Assembly: GCA_963806185.1 (NCBI GenBank)
Contig: CAWDXE010000001.1
Location: 96,001-160,000, forward strand
DNA from: an uncultured candidate division Zixibacteria bacterium
GTDB taxonomy: Bacteria; Zixibacteria; MSB-5A5; GN15; FEB-12
Direction of reading: 5' to 3'
DNA: 64,000 nucleotides
In this document: in pieces, positions 22,714 to 32,148 of the stretch
How the letters are laid out: every line of letters starts with the position of its first letter
Position numbering within the stretch: the first letter of the stretch is position 1
Position numbers and translations under genes: made by a program
Notes under the pieces: model-generated
Database searches by the model: none
What the model was told of the DNA's origin: nothing
Seen by the model: the letters and a program-made list of their open reading frames with translations, nothing else

Positions 22714-23771
22714 AATATATGCCGCAATTCGCCCTGACGACACTGGCCGTTTGCGTCTCCCTGGTCACTTCCGGCTTTGGGCAGGATATTTTTGAGAAAG
22801 ACAAGGGGCTGTATGAAACCGCGCAGATCACAAACACTATTGCGATCGGCCCGCAGAACAAACTGATCATCAAGTCAGCCGAAAGTCTCAGCGGATCGCT
22901 CACGATCACTAGTGCCAAGGTAAAACAGATCACTGTCAAGAGCACCAAGTCCGCTAAAACCGGCAGCCGATCTCAGGCCATCGACTACATCGATCTTATC
23001 ACCGTCAGCCTCGACAAACAGGGCGAAATGACGCGGCTGGAACTGCGCGCGCCGAACCCGTCGCCCTGGAACGAGGATGCCGAGGCCGGTATGGTGGATG
23101 CACAGATTGTCGTACCTGAGAAATGCGCTCTCGATATCGATGCCGGTCGGTTCGCCGTGGAAGCCACCGGCCCGTTCGCGGCCGTGGTCATTTCATCCTC
23201 ACTGGAAAGAGTGTCGGTACAAAATGTCAATGGACTCGTCGACATCTCGACGGCCAATCAACCGGTCATACTCAAACAGGCCCGGGGCGAAATCGCCGTC
23301 GCCACGACCAATGCCCCCATCAACGCTTCCGAGATCCGTGTCGATGGTACACCTGCGCGCTTTCGTAATGACGGAGGCGAGACGGTACTCGATGACGTTT
23401 TCGGAGCCGTCAACATCCGCGCCGACTACGGGCGCATTGACGTTCGGCGATTCAACCCCGCCACTGGCAACAGCGTCATTCGCGGCACCGGCGCGCCGGT
23501 ACTGCTCCAAATCGATTCGATGTCCGACGGTCAGTTGGTGGTGAGCAACAGTGACGAAGACATTGATCTTACCGTCCCCGAATCCATCTCGGCCTTCTTC
23601 TCGCTCTCAGTAGATCCCGATGGCTCCATCGAGGCGCGCGGGATGCCCTTCAAGACGGATCTGGTCCAGCCCACTCGCCTCAATATCCGCACGGGCGAAA
23701 GCGATGCAAACATCCGTGGCACGGTGAGCGGGAAGGGAAGTATCTTCATTCGCGGAACCAGGGGTGAATGA
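22710..23771 (+). CDS. Exported beta-strand-repeat protein (DUF4097-like)
   Basis: Signal peptide; repeated short beta motifs (STANQPV, ATTNAPI, ADYGRI, SNSDEDI). Confidence 0.65.
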   Translation: MKYMPQFALTTLAVCVSLVTSGFGQDIFEKDKGLYETAQITNTIAIGPQNKLIIKSAESLSGSLTITSAKVKQITVKSTKSAKTGSRSQAIDYIDLITVSLDKQGEMTRLELRAPNPSPWNEDAEAGMVDAQIVVPEKCALDIDAGRFAVEATGPFAAVVISSSLERVSVQNVNGLVDISTANQPVILKQARGEIAVATTNAPINASEIRVDGTPARFRNDGGETVLDDVFGAVNIRADYGRIDVRRFNPATGNSVIRGTGAPVLLQIDSMSDGQLVVSNSDEDIDLTVPESISAFFSLSVDPDGSIEARGMPFKTDLVQPTRLNIRTGESDANIRGTVSGKGSIFIRGTRGE

Positions 23772-23777
23772 GCCGCC

Positions 23778-26186
23778 ATGAAAACCTGCACGTCGATCAA
23801 AACAGCTCTCTATACGTTCATCTTCAGCACGATCGCACTATCCTCCGCCTGCGCGGATAGAATCGCCGAACCGAACGGCATCTTCTACTATCAGCCGGCC
23901 GCTTCAGTGTTCGGCGGCGAAGCTGCCTGGATCAATCCCGCCGCGCTGGGGAGATTTTATGCCTCCGGCTCACAAGCGATGGCCGACTACTATGACGGCA
24001 AATTTATCAAGAGCTGGGGCCTCGCCGCGCAGGGCGACCGCTTCGCCACGGCTTATCGCCATCTGGATAATCCGGCCGGAACCGATTTCAGCGAATTCCT
24101 CGCCGGCGGTGGATTCAGCGTCGGCTCGGACATGAGCCTGGGCCTGTCCTATCGGTACTATAGCAACGGCCCGGATTACTTTCACAAGTTACATACCTGG
24201 AACGTCGGCATGCAGTCCGGCGGCGATGGCCCGTACCGGTTTGGCTTTGTCGCCGGCAATCTCAACCGCGCCCGTCGTGACGGCGAGCGCACGGAGGTCG
24301 AATTGCGCTACTCGGTGGCCTATCGGCCGCTGGACGATCGTTTCACCCTGGCCGCCGACATACTCACCTCGACCCACACCAAGTGGCGCAACGCCGAGGT
24401 CGTTTATCACGCCGAGTACACTCCCTATCCCGGACTTTTCGTTAACGCCTTCATCGACTCGCACAAGAATTTTCAATTCGGTCTCCGCGCCAACCTGTTG
24501 AAGTATTTCGTCGGTAGCAGGAGTACATTCAATCGTTCCGGTGACGGTCGCGGCACCACCGTCTTCGTCGGCCAGACCAACATGCGCCAGAAATCGATCC
24601 TGAAAGAGCCTCAGATACGCCTTACCGCTCAACTACCGGCGGACGTCTCCGAGAATCCGCCGCAACCGGTCTTCGGACGACGATCCCTGCCGTACACGGT
24701 GCTGTTATCCGGGCTTTACCGGGCCGCCGAAGATCCGGCCGTCAAAGAAGTCGTGATTGACGTGTGCGGCTCGTCGCTCGGCTTTGGCCAGGCCCAGGAA
24801 TTTCGCGACGCTGTTCTCTACTTGAAAGAAAACGGCAAGCACGTCACCTGCTACCTGCAATCCCAGTCGAACAAGGCCTACTACATGGCCTCCGCCGCCG
24901 ATCGCATTGTCCTTCCTCCGGTTTGCCAGTTGAATCTGGTCGGCCTTCGCTCTGAACTTACCTTCTACGGCGGAACATTGGAAAAAATCGGTGTAAAGCT
25001 GGATATGGTCCGGATCGGCGACTTCAAGTCCGCGACCGAGGCCTATACCTCCACCCAATCAAGCGAGCTGAATCGACAAGAGGTGAATAACCTCCTCGAT
25101 GACGTCTATGACCAGTTCGTTGAGGGCATTGCCGACGGTCGCCGCCTGCCGCCCGACTCCGTCAAGGCCTTGATTGACCGGGGCCCCTTTACATCGCAAG
25201 AGGCAATCGACTGTGGGCTGGTCGACGATCTGGTTTATCGCGACCTGCTTTTTGAGAAGGGCTTGCCTCTCCGGCGAACCGTATCCTTCAGCAGCTATTT
25301 GGCCGATACGCTGATTAATAACGCCTGGTCGCCCCGCCCCGTGCTGGCCGTGATGGTCGCTGACGGCGAGATTAAGGGCGATCCCGGTTCTCCCACCGAC
25401 AACGACGGCGTTACCCCTGCTCCCTTTCAGAAAGCTTTCGAGGCCGTGCGCCGTGACCCCGGCGTCCGCGGTGTCCTGTTTCGAGTCAACTCCCCCGGCG
25501 GCTTCGCTCTGGCCGCCGACGACATCTATCACTTCGCCAGCCGTGCTCGCGAAGTGAAGCCGGTGGTCATCTCCATGGCCAGCATTGCCGCCTCGGGAGG
25601 GTACGAACTGAGCATGACCGGCCGACGAATCTTCGCCCTGCCGGCCACCATCACCGGATCGATCGGTATCTTCGGCGGCAAGGCCGATTTCAGCGAATTT
25701 TACCGCAAAATCAATTTGGGGAAAGAGCTGTACACACGAGGCAAATTTGCCGGACTGCTGACGACTACCCGCCCTTTCACTCCGCAAGAGCGAGCTAAGT
25801 ACTACTCTCAGCTGGCGGCTTTCTACGACCATTTCGTGACCCTCGTGGCGGAAAACCGCTCCTTGAGCAAGGATTCAGTCGACGCTCTCGGCCAGGGACG
25901 AGTATGGACCGGCCGTGCCGCTTTGAAGCACGGCTTGATTGATGAATTGGGCGGCTTTCGCCAGGCTATCGCCTACACCGCCGACGCCGCCGGAGTCAAA
26001 GACTATACCCTGGTGACTTATCCAAAAAAACGACCGCTCTTTCTCTTTCCCGGCTTGAAGCTCTGGCGCTTCGCCAGCCGTGTGCTGGCCGGCGGCCGTG
26101 CGTCGGATCAGACCTTTCGTGACGCGGCCGGCATCCCCGACGACGGTATCTACTCCCGGATGCCGTTCGACCTCGCCATCGACTGA
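23778..26186 (+). CDS. sppA: Signal peptide peptidase SppA (S49) with an extra N-terminal beta-rich domain
   Basis: Tandem S49 domains (YYMASAAD, GDFKSA, NSPGG, AASGGY, ITGSIGI, GRVWTG) preceded by about 270 aa of alternating beta strands. Confidence 0.9.
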   Translation: MKTCTSIKTALYTFIFSTIALSSACADRIAEPNGIFYYQPAASVFGGEAAWINPAALGRFYASGSQAMADYYDGKFIKSWGLAAQGDRFATAYRHLDNPAGTDFSEFLAGGGFSVGSDMSLGLSYRYYSNGPDYFHKLHTWNVGMQSGGDGPYRFGFVAGNLNRARRDGERTEVELRYSVAYRPLDDRFTLAADILTSTHTKWRNAEVVYHAEYTPYPGLFVNAFIDSHKNFQFGLRANLLKYFVGSRSTFNRSGDGRGTTVFVGQTNMRQKSILKEPQIRLTAQLPADVSENPPQPVFGRRSLPYTVLLSGLYRAAEDPAVKEVVIDVCGSSLGFGQAQEFRDAVLYLKENGKHVTCYLQSQSNKAYYMASAADRIVLPPVCQLNLVGLRSELTFYGGTLEKIGVKLDMVRIGDFKSATEAYTSTQSSELNRQEVNNLLDDVYDQFVEGIADGRRLPPDSVKALIDRGPFTSQEAIDCGLVDDLVYRDLLFEKGLPLRRTVSFSSYLADTLINNAWSPRPVLAVMVADGEIKGDPGSPTDNDGVTPAPFQKAFEAVRRDPGVRGVLFRVNSPGGFALAADDIYHFASRAREVKPVVISMASIAASGGYELSMTGRRIFALPATITGSIGIFGGKADFSEFYRKINLGKELYTRGKFAGLLTTTRPFTPQERAKYYSQLAAFYDHFVTLVAENRSLSKDSVDALGQGRVWTGRAALKHGLIDELGGFRQAIAYTADAAGVKDYTLVTYPKKRPLFLFPGLKLWRFASRVLAGGRASDQTFRDAAGIPDDGIYSRMPFDLAID

Positions 26187-26203
26187 CCATGTTTTCCCAT
26201 TTA

Positions 26204-26241
26204 AAACAGAAAGACCCGCGGTGTCGCGGGTCTTTCTGTTT
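26204..26241. terminator. Bidirectional terminator
   Basis: AAACAGAAAGACCCGCG-GTGT-CGCGGGTCTTTCTGTTT between convergent genes. Confidence 0.9.
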
Positions 26242-26251
26242 CTTGGTCAGC

Positions 26252-27883
26252 TTATTCGCCGACAAATTCCTGCTTCCAGCCGGTCCGCTGGAACACACGC
26301 ACCATTGGCGTTTCCGGCGGAAGCTTGTTCGGGTCATCAAGATCCGTATCGTACACCCAGCTTCGCGACGGCGGATCGTAATACGTGCCGTTCCATTTCC
26401 CGACTGCCTGTCGCGAATTCCAGAGGTTCACGGCCGACCCCAGCCAGTTCAGCGTCTTGCCCGACCAGGTCTCCAAAAACCGCGGAAGATTCTCAAACCC
26501 GCCATTGTAATTGGTCGGGGTGGTTTCTGTGTTTCCGGTCACATAAGATGCATTGATCGTCGTAGTCTGGGCGACGCGTTTGGTCTTAGAACTATCACCG
26601 TAAATATCATTCCAGCTCGCCGACAGGAACGTAATCGCATCGGAAATGATCGCCGCCGGCTTCTTGTTCACAGTATTGTAATTGCCCAGCGTATAGACTG
26701 GGTTCTGCGAGGCTACTGTAAGACCGGAGCCAAGCGTCGCAGCATTCTTCAGGCGCAGCGCCGGCCATTCGGTACTGCCGCCAATATCGTCGGAGAAGTA
26801 AACTACTCCATTCGACGGCCCGTACCCGTTGGCGTACAGCTTACCCACATCGAGATCAGTGACGTCTACTTTCTTTCCCTCACGCTGGTCTTTGAACTTG
26901 TCAGCCGTATAGGTCAATATGCCCAAGGTGGTGAAAGTCGCAGTGACATTCGTCCACACACCGCCGACCTTGTTATAGGCCTGGCCGTTTACGATCTTCA
27001 CCGTCGATTTCAATTCATATGAGTCGGCGTTGCCACCGGCGGCCGGCTCAATGATCTTATGCGGATCACTGCTGCCGTTGAGCGGTAGGTTGAGTTCACC
27101 CTGGCCGTGAGCGGCATCCTGCACGCGGCCGCCCCAGCGGGAGATCGAGGAATCAAACCACTCGGCGTCGGTGTGCTCCAGCCAGCCTGATCCCTGCTTC
27201 ATAGAGACATAGTTGCCGCTCGCGTTCTTGATGAGCACGTCGCCGTTGGACACCGGCTCCGGTCCCTTACGGCCGTGCAGCATCGAACCCGAACAGGTCA
27301 CATAACTGTCCATGCGCAGCGTGTTGTTCGCCTGCACCCAGAGATTGCCGTTGGAATGCACGCGACCTACCAGGTTCATGTCGGCGCCTGGCGCGATCTC
27401 CAGATCGTTCCCGTAGAACACGGCGAACTGAAAGAGCGGAATGAGCGCCGTCTCAAACGACTGCGACATGTCCACGCGACCCTTTTCGCCCAGGCTTACG
27501 CCCGTCGAATTGATCGAAAACGACTTCACCAGCGCGTGCAGGCCCGCCAGCGTCCCCTGAGTCAGCTCACGCGTCGTCGGGGCGCCGTCGTCAGACGTGT
27601 TGTACGCTACCACGCAGTGATTGATCGTATCATTGCCCGCCGGCATGGTGGTCGGCGGCGCATTGGTTGCCTCGTATTCCTCCTGCAGGGTGGCTGCCGC
27701 TTGCTCCAACCCCGCTTCGGCGGCATAAAAGGCCTTCATCTCCTGCATTTCGTTGCCGGCGATCGACACCTCATCGTCCGATGTCTGCAACGCGGCAATA
27801 CCCAGCAGCGTCAATAACCCGACCATGATGATCGCGATCAACGATGCCATACCGCGTTCGTTAGTCAATCCTGTAGTGCGCAT
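26252..27883 (-). CDS. PilX-like minor pilin with large C-terminal domain, paralogue 2
   Basis: Class III signal NERG|MASLIA lacking Glu5; PilX_N-type AFYAAEAGLE. Confidence 0.85.
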   Translation of the reverse strand: MRTTGLTNERGMASLIAIIMVGLLTLLGIAALQTSDDEVSIAGNEMQEMKAFYAAEAGLEQAAATLQEEYEATNAPPTTMPAGNDTINHCVVAYNTSDDGAPTTRELTQGTLAGLHALVKSFSINSTGVSLGEKGRVDMSQSFETALIPLFQFAVFYGNDLEIAPGADMNLVGRVHSNGNLWVQANNTLRMDSYVTCSGSMLHGRKGPEPVSNGDVLIKNASGNYVSMKQGSGWLEHTDAEWFDSSISRWGGRVQDAAHGQGELNLPLNGSSDPHKIIEPAAGGNADSYELKSTVKIVNGQAYNKVGGVWTNVTATFTTLGILTYTADKFKDQREGKKVDVTDLDVGKLYANGYGPSNGVVYFSDDIGGSTEWPALRLKNAATLGSGLTVASQNPVYTLGNYNTVNKKPAAIISDAITFLSASWNDIYGDSSKTKRVAQTTTINASYVTGNTETTPTNYNGGFENLPRFLETWSGKTLNWLGSAVNLWNSRQAVGKWNGTYYDPPSRSWVYDTDLDDPNKLPPETPMVRVFQRTGWKQEFVGE

Positions 27884-27927
27884 TTTATTCTCCTCTCTTG
27901 CGCGCTCCTGCGTCTCACCGTCACCGG

Positions 27928-29571
27928 CTATTCCGTTTGCCAGGCTATATACTGCTGTGACCAGCCGGATCGCTCGAAAATGAGAATCTTCGGCACTTCC
28001 GGTGGTTGCTTTGACGGATCGTTCAAATCTGTATCAAATGACCAGTCGCGAACCGGTGGCTCATAGTAATTCAGAGACCACTTGCCCGTCGCCTGGGTGG
28101 AATTCCACAGGTTTACCATGGAACCGCAAATCGTCGAGGTCTTGCTGCTTCCCCAGTACTCGAGGTATCGGGGCAGGCTCGCCAGACCGCCATTGTAGTT
28201 GCTGCTCGAACACGGCGTATCCCCCGTGATGAACGAAGCGTTAATCACCGTGCTCGCCGCCTGGCGCGTATTCATCGACCCCGCCGACTTGCTGTCATCC
28301 CAGCTCGAGGACAGAATCGTATACGCATCAGTCAGAATCGCCGCCGGCTGCTTGTTCGTCGTATTGAAGTTACCGACCGTGTACACCGGATTGGCGCTCG
28401 CCACCGTCAGCCCCGCGCCCAGCGTCGTCGCATTCTTGATCCGCAGGCCGGGAAATTCACTGCTGCCCGAGACATCGTCCGAGAAGTAAAGCACGCCGTT
28501 CGACGGCGCGTAACCCGACGAATACAACTTGCCAAGATCGATTTCCGTCGCGTCGACATACTTCTTCTCTCGGGCATCATAAAATTTGTCGGCCGCGTAC
28601 GATAACACTCCCGCCGACTGCAGGGTGCTCGTTACATCGCTCCAAACGCCGCCGATCTTGCGATACGCCACGTTGTTGATGATCTTGAGCGTGGCCTTGT
28701 TCTCGTATGAATCGTCGTTCCCGCCGGCCGCCGGCTCTATAATCTTGTGCGGTTTCGCGGCATCGGACAGCGGGAGGTTCAGCTTCGGCTGCTCGAACGC
28801 GGCATCGCGTACTTTTCCGCCCCAACGGGCTGACGCCTGGGTGTACCAGTCCTTGTTGTCCGCGTCCAGCCATTCGCCGCTCTTGTACATATTTTGATAA
28901 AGCCCGACGGCGTCTTTGAAGCAGACGTCGCCGTTCGTCCCCGAATACAATCCGTCCGGAAAGCCGTGATGAATGTCGCCGGCCGCGGTCACACTGCCGT
29001 TCACGTACAACGCTTCCACCGCCTGCAGGTACATGTTGCCGTTACAATGAACCCGTCCGTTGATCGTCATCTTCTTCTGCGGCGTCGCCCACAAATCGTC
29101 GTCATAGAAAATGGCAAACTGAAATATCGGCACCATGTTCGCCTCGATGGCCTCGCTCAGTTGCACTTTGGCCTGTTCGCTCGGATTCACCGCCGTGGAA
29201 ACCACCGTGTACGATTTCTTCATCGAGTGAAGCCCGGCAAACGGCCCCGACTCGAGCCGCGATTGCACATACGCGCCGGCGTCCGCGACCGAATACTCCA
29301 TCGCCGAACCGTTGAGTTTCTCCGACCCGCTGGGCATCTCCGTCGGCGGCTGGCCGGTGGCGGTGTATTGCTCCTCGATCTTCGCCAGACCCAACTCGAG
29401 CCCGGCCTCGGCCGAGTAAAACGCCCGCATCTCCTGCAGCTCATTGCCGGCTATTGTGACCTCGTCGTTTGACGTCTTCAGTGCCGCCAAGCCCAGGAGC
29501 GTCAGCAAGCCAACCATGATCAATGCCACCAGTGTCGCCATCCCCCGTTCGTTGTGCCTGTACTTGCGCAT
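27928..29571 (-). CDS. PilX-like minor pilin with large C-terminal domain, paralogue 1
   Basis: NERG|MATLVA, AFYSAEAGLE; collinear with 26252..27883 (FQFAxFY, PHKIIEPAAGGN, NYNGG, YYxPP). Confidence 0.85.
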   Translation of the reverse strand: MRKYRHNERGMATLVALIMVGLLTLLGLAALKTSNDEVTIAGNELQEMRAFYSAEAGLELGLAKIEEQYTATGQPPTEMPSGSEKLNGSAMEYSVADAGAYVQSRLESGPFAGLHSMKKSYTVVSTAVNPSEQAKVQLSEAIEANMVPIFQFAIFYDDDLWATPQKKMTINGRVHCNGNMYLQAVEALYVNGSVTAAGDIHHGFPDGLYSGTNGDVCFKDAVGLYQNMYKSGEWLDADNKDWYTQASARWGGKVRDAAFEQPKLNLPLSDAAKPHKIIEPAAGGNDDSYENKATLKIINNVAYRKIGGVWSDVTSTLQSAGVLSYAADKFYDAREKKYVDATEIDLGKLYSSGYAPSNGVLYFSDDVSGSSEFPGLRIKNATTLGAGLTVASANPVYTVGNFNTTNKQPAAILTDAYTILSSSWDDSKSAGSMNTRQAASTVINASFITGDTPCSSSNYNGGLASLPRYLEYWGSSKTSTICGSMVNLWNSTQATGKWSLNYYEPPVRDWSFDTDLNDPSKQPPEVPKILIFERSGWSQQYIAWQTE

Positions 29572-29635
29572 TTTCTTGTCTCCCTTACCGACCGGAGTCT
29601 CGTCTGCCCGCGTGCTCCTGGACAGCTCCCGAGTG

Positions 29636-30457
29636 TTAGTAACCCAGATTTCTGACGTTCACCGACGACGCGTAGGTCCGCGTCCGGTACGGCTTTCCCG
29701 CCGCCAGATAATCCGGATTGTTCGACCGTCCCGTTACACTTATCAGTACTTCCCGTACGTCGTCAATCAACGGCGGGACATCCACGACCATCCCGTTTTT
29801 CAAACGATACGAGAATTGAAGATCGCTCATGTTCTCGGCATACACCGAGGCATCTTTGCCGATCGGCTTCACCATCAGCCGCGGATGATTTGCATCTGTC
29901 TTGCTGTCGATGTAGAACTTCAGACTCGTTATCACCATCAGCTCTGAGCTTGCCGGGTACTTGTGCCCGAGATCCATAGTGTTGTGCTGAAGGTGATTCG
30001 AGCCGGTCTGCACGTGCGTGAGCTCAAAGTACTCTCCCCAGGCGGAGTCCGGGGCCCAGATGTACACCCACTGTCCCTCGGTGAAACAGTCCACGGCCGA
30101 CCCGCACTTGAGCTCCGACGATGGCTGCGGCATCGCTTCCGACAGCGTTGTATTGCACTCCGACGATCTATAGTTAATCGTGATCGTGTCCGGATTCGTG
30201 TTGGCGGCCACTATTGGCGCCAACCCCAGCGGAAGCGAATGCCCCGCCATGCGAATCTGGCGCGTCAGTTCATCAATTGACGCCCGGGAGTTCTGCTGAA
30301 TGGTCGTGATGTCATCCTGGGCCGTATAGTGCTTCTCCTGCGTGGAAAAGGCCCGGAACACGGCCGTTGTGATGATTCCGGTAAGAAAGAGCGCGATCAG
30401 CATTTCCATAATGCTGAATCCCCGTTCCGATATGATTGCTGATCCGTTTCGTTTCAT
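29636..30457 (-). CDS. PilW-like minor pilin, paralogue 2
   Basis: ERG|FSIMEML prepilin motif, QIRMAG, C-terminal VNVRN. Start trimmed to ATG at 30457. Confidence 0.85.
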   Translation of the reverse strand: MKRNGSAIISERGFSIMEMLIALFLTGIITTAVFRAFSTQEKHYTAQDDITTIQQNSRASIDELTRQIRMAGHSLPLGLAPIVAANTNPDTITINYRSSECNTTLSEAMPQPSSELKCGSAVDCFTEGQWVYIWAPDSAWGEYFELTHVQTGSNHLQHNTMDLGHKYPASSELMVITSLKFYIDSKTDANHPRLMVKPIGKDASVYAENMSDLQFSYRLKNGMVVDVPPLIDDVREVLISVTGRSNNPDYLAAGKPYRTRTYASSVNVRNLGY

Positions 30458-30611
30458 ACCTTCATCCTTATCACTGCCACACTCACTTCGTGATTCGTAA
30501 CGGCTCACTTCCGCTATTCCTCGTGTACATATCTTTTCCATATCCTTGGCCCCCTTCTCGGCCGTTCCACCGGACAACCTGTGCCCGCCAGACAGTCGAA
30601 ATCCTTGCCGA

Positions 30612-31433
30612 CTAATTCGACAGATTTCTGACGTTGACCGACGACGCGTAGGTGCGCGTCCGGTACGGTCTTCCGGTAGTCAGGTAATCGCGATTGTTCG
30701 ATCGTCCCGTAATACTGATCTGGACTTCGCGAATGTCGGACACCAGGGCCGGGTCATCCACCACCGACCCGTTTTTCAAACGATACCGGAACTGCAGGTC
30801 GGTCATATTCTCGGCGTATACCGCCGCCGGTTTGCCGATCGATTTCACCATCAGACGCGGATGTTCAGCATCCGTCGTGTTGTCGACGTAGAACTTCATG
30901 TGTGCAATCACCATGACCTGAGAGTTGACCGGATATTTGTGCGACAGGTTCATGGTCACGTGCTGAAGCGTGTTGGACCCTGTTTCTACGCCGGTGATTT
31001 CGAAAAATTCACCCCAGGCCGAATCGGGCGCGAAAATGTATCCCCACTGACCTTCCGTGAAGCAATCGATGGCCGTGGCAAACTTCAGCTCCGAGGTCAC
31101 CTCGGCCATGGCTACGGAAAGATTGGCCCCGCAATCCGAGGCACGGTAGTTAATCGTGATCGTGTCCGGATTGGCATTCGACACGGTTATCGCCGCCAAT
31201 CCCATCGGCACCGCATGCCCCGCCATCCGGATCTGCCGGGTCAATTCGTCGATCGACGCTCGGGCATTCTGCTGGATGGTCGTAATATCGTCCTGGGCCG
31301 TATAGTGCTTCTCCTGGGTCATAAAGGCTCGAAAAACCGCCGTGGTAATAATCCCGGTGAGGGCAAGGGCTATCAGCATTTCCATAATGCTGAAGCCGCG
31401 CTGGGATATGCATCGCCGCATTAATCGTTTCAT
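30612..31433 (-). CDS. PilW-like minor pilin, paralogue 1
   Basis: QRG|FSIMEML; same 822-bp length and collinear with 29636..30457; RBS AGGTGAG. Confidence 0.85.
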   Translation of the reverse strand: MKRLMRRCISQRGFSIMEMLIALALTGIITTAVFRAFMTQEKHYTAQDDITTIQQNARASIDELTRQIRMAGHAVPMGLAAITVSNANPDTITINYRASDCGANLSVAMAEVTSELKFATAIDCFTEGQWGYIFAPDSAWGEFFEITGVETGSNTLQHVTMNLSHKYPVNSQVMVIAHMKFYVDNTTDAEHPRLMVKSIGKPAAVYAENMTDLQFRYRLKNGSVVDDPALVSDIREVQISITGRSNNRDYLTTGRPYRTRTYASSVNVRNLSN

Positions 31434-31482
31434 AATCTCACCTAACCTCATTGCTTTCAGGCACAGCCCCCTCAGCCTGAGA

Positions 31483-31848
31483 TTACACCGAATCGGAGCG
31501 GACATACGCCGAAAGCGTATTCGTCTTGGTCCGCGAGCGAACGTCCTTCCAGGTCACGGTTACGTCGATACGTCGCAGGTGCGTGCCGGCGTCGGCCACT
31601 GTCCACGCGCGCGTTACCCCCAGCGACGTATCGTTGCCCGAGGCAGGAGCGGCATCGCTGCGCAGCTGCTCAAGCTTCTGCTGCATCATTTGCGTCGCCA
31701 GCGTGGTCTTGTTCGACCAGTCGTTGCCGTCCAGCGCCACCATCGCCATGTTGAGCAGCATGAGCAGTGATACGCTCAGGATCAGCCCGGCTACCATGAC
31801 TTCGATTAGGGTGACGCCCTTCTGATTTTTCATTCGTGCTATTGTCAT
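31483..31848 (-). CDS. PilV-like minor pilin
   Basis: QKG|VTLIEVMVA, QQKLEQLR, IDVTVTW; RBS GAGGA before ATG at 31848. Confidence 0.85.
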   Translation of the reverse strand: MTIARMKNQKGVTLIEVMVAGLILSVSLLMLLNMAMVALDGNDWSNKTTLATQMMQQKLEQLRSDAAPASGNDTSLGVTRAWTVADAGTHLRRIDVTVTWKDVRSRTKTNTLSAYVRSDSV

Positions 31849-31882
31849 AGCGGAAATCCTCATACGTTTGGCCCCATGAGAT

Positions 31883-31897
31883 GTAAACGGCGTGCCG
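31883..31897 (-). promoter_or_regulatory. Degenerate sigma54 promoter of the minor-pilin operon
   Basis: CGGCAC-GCCGT-TTAC (AC instead of GC at -12); IHF-like GATCATAAGGTTA at 31937-31949. Confidence 0.4.
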
Positions 31898-32055
31898 CCA
31901 TCGTCAAAAATCGCACCTTTACCCTTCTGGGAAGGCTAACCTTATGATCCATCACTGCTTGACTCACCGGTCCGCCCGAACAAACCGCCCGCCTTTCCCA
32001 TTTCCCTTGCTCATGCGCTGAACAAACCATATGGCGTTGTCGCTATACTCCCTTA

Positions 32056-32079
32056 GGGTGTTGGAATATTCCAATACCC
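32056..32079. promoter_or_regulatory. 24-bp palindrome (putative operator) in the divergent pil/ALDH region
   Basis: GGGTG-TTGGAATATTCCAA-TACCC, upstream of TTGAAT-N17-TATGTT (32097-32125). Confidence 0.55.
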
Positions 32080-32148
32080 CCCGCTTCCCTTGCAACTTGA
32101 ATTCCCCCCGCCTGCTTCCTATGTTGACTGCCAGAGAGGATTCCAACT

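Noticed and set aside
26189..27022. Long antisense ORFs (also 294..1073, 7259..8146, 30546..31424, 51369..52250, 56844..57782)
   Set aside because: Shadow ORFs opposite well-supported genes in GC-rich DNA, with no recognisable motifs.
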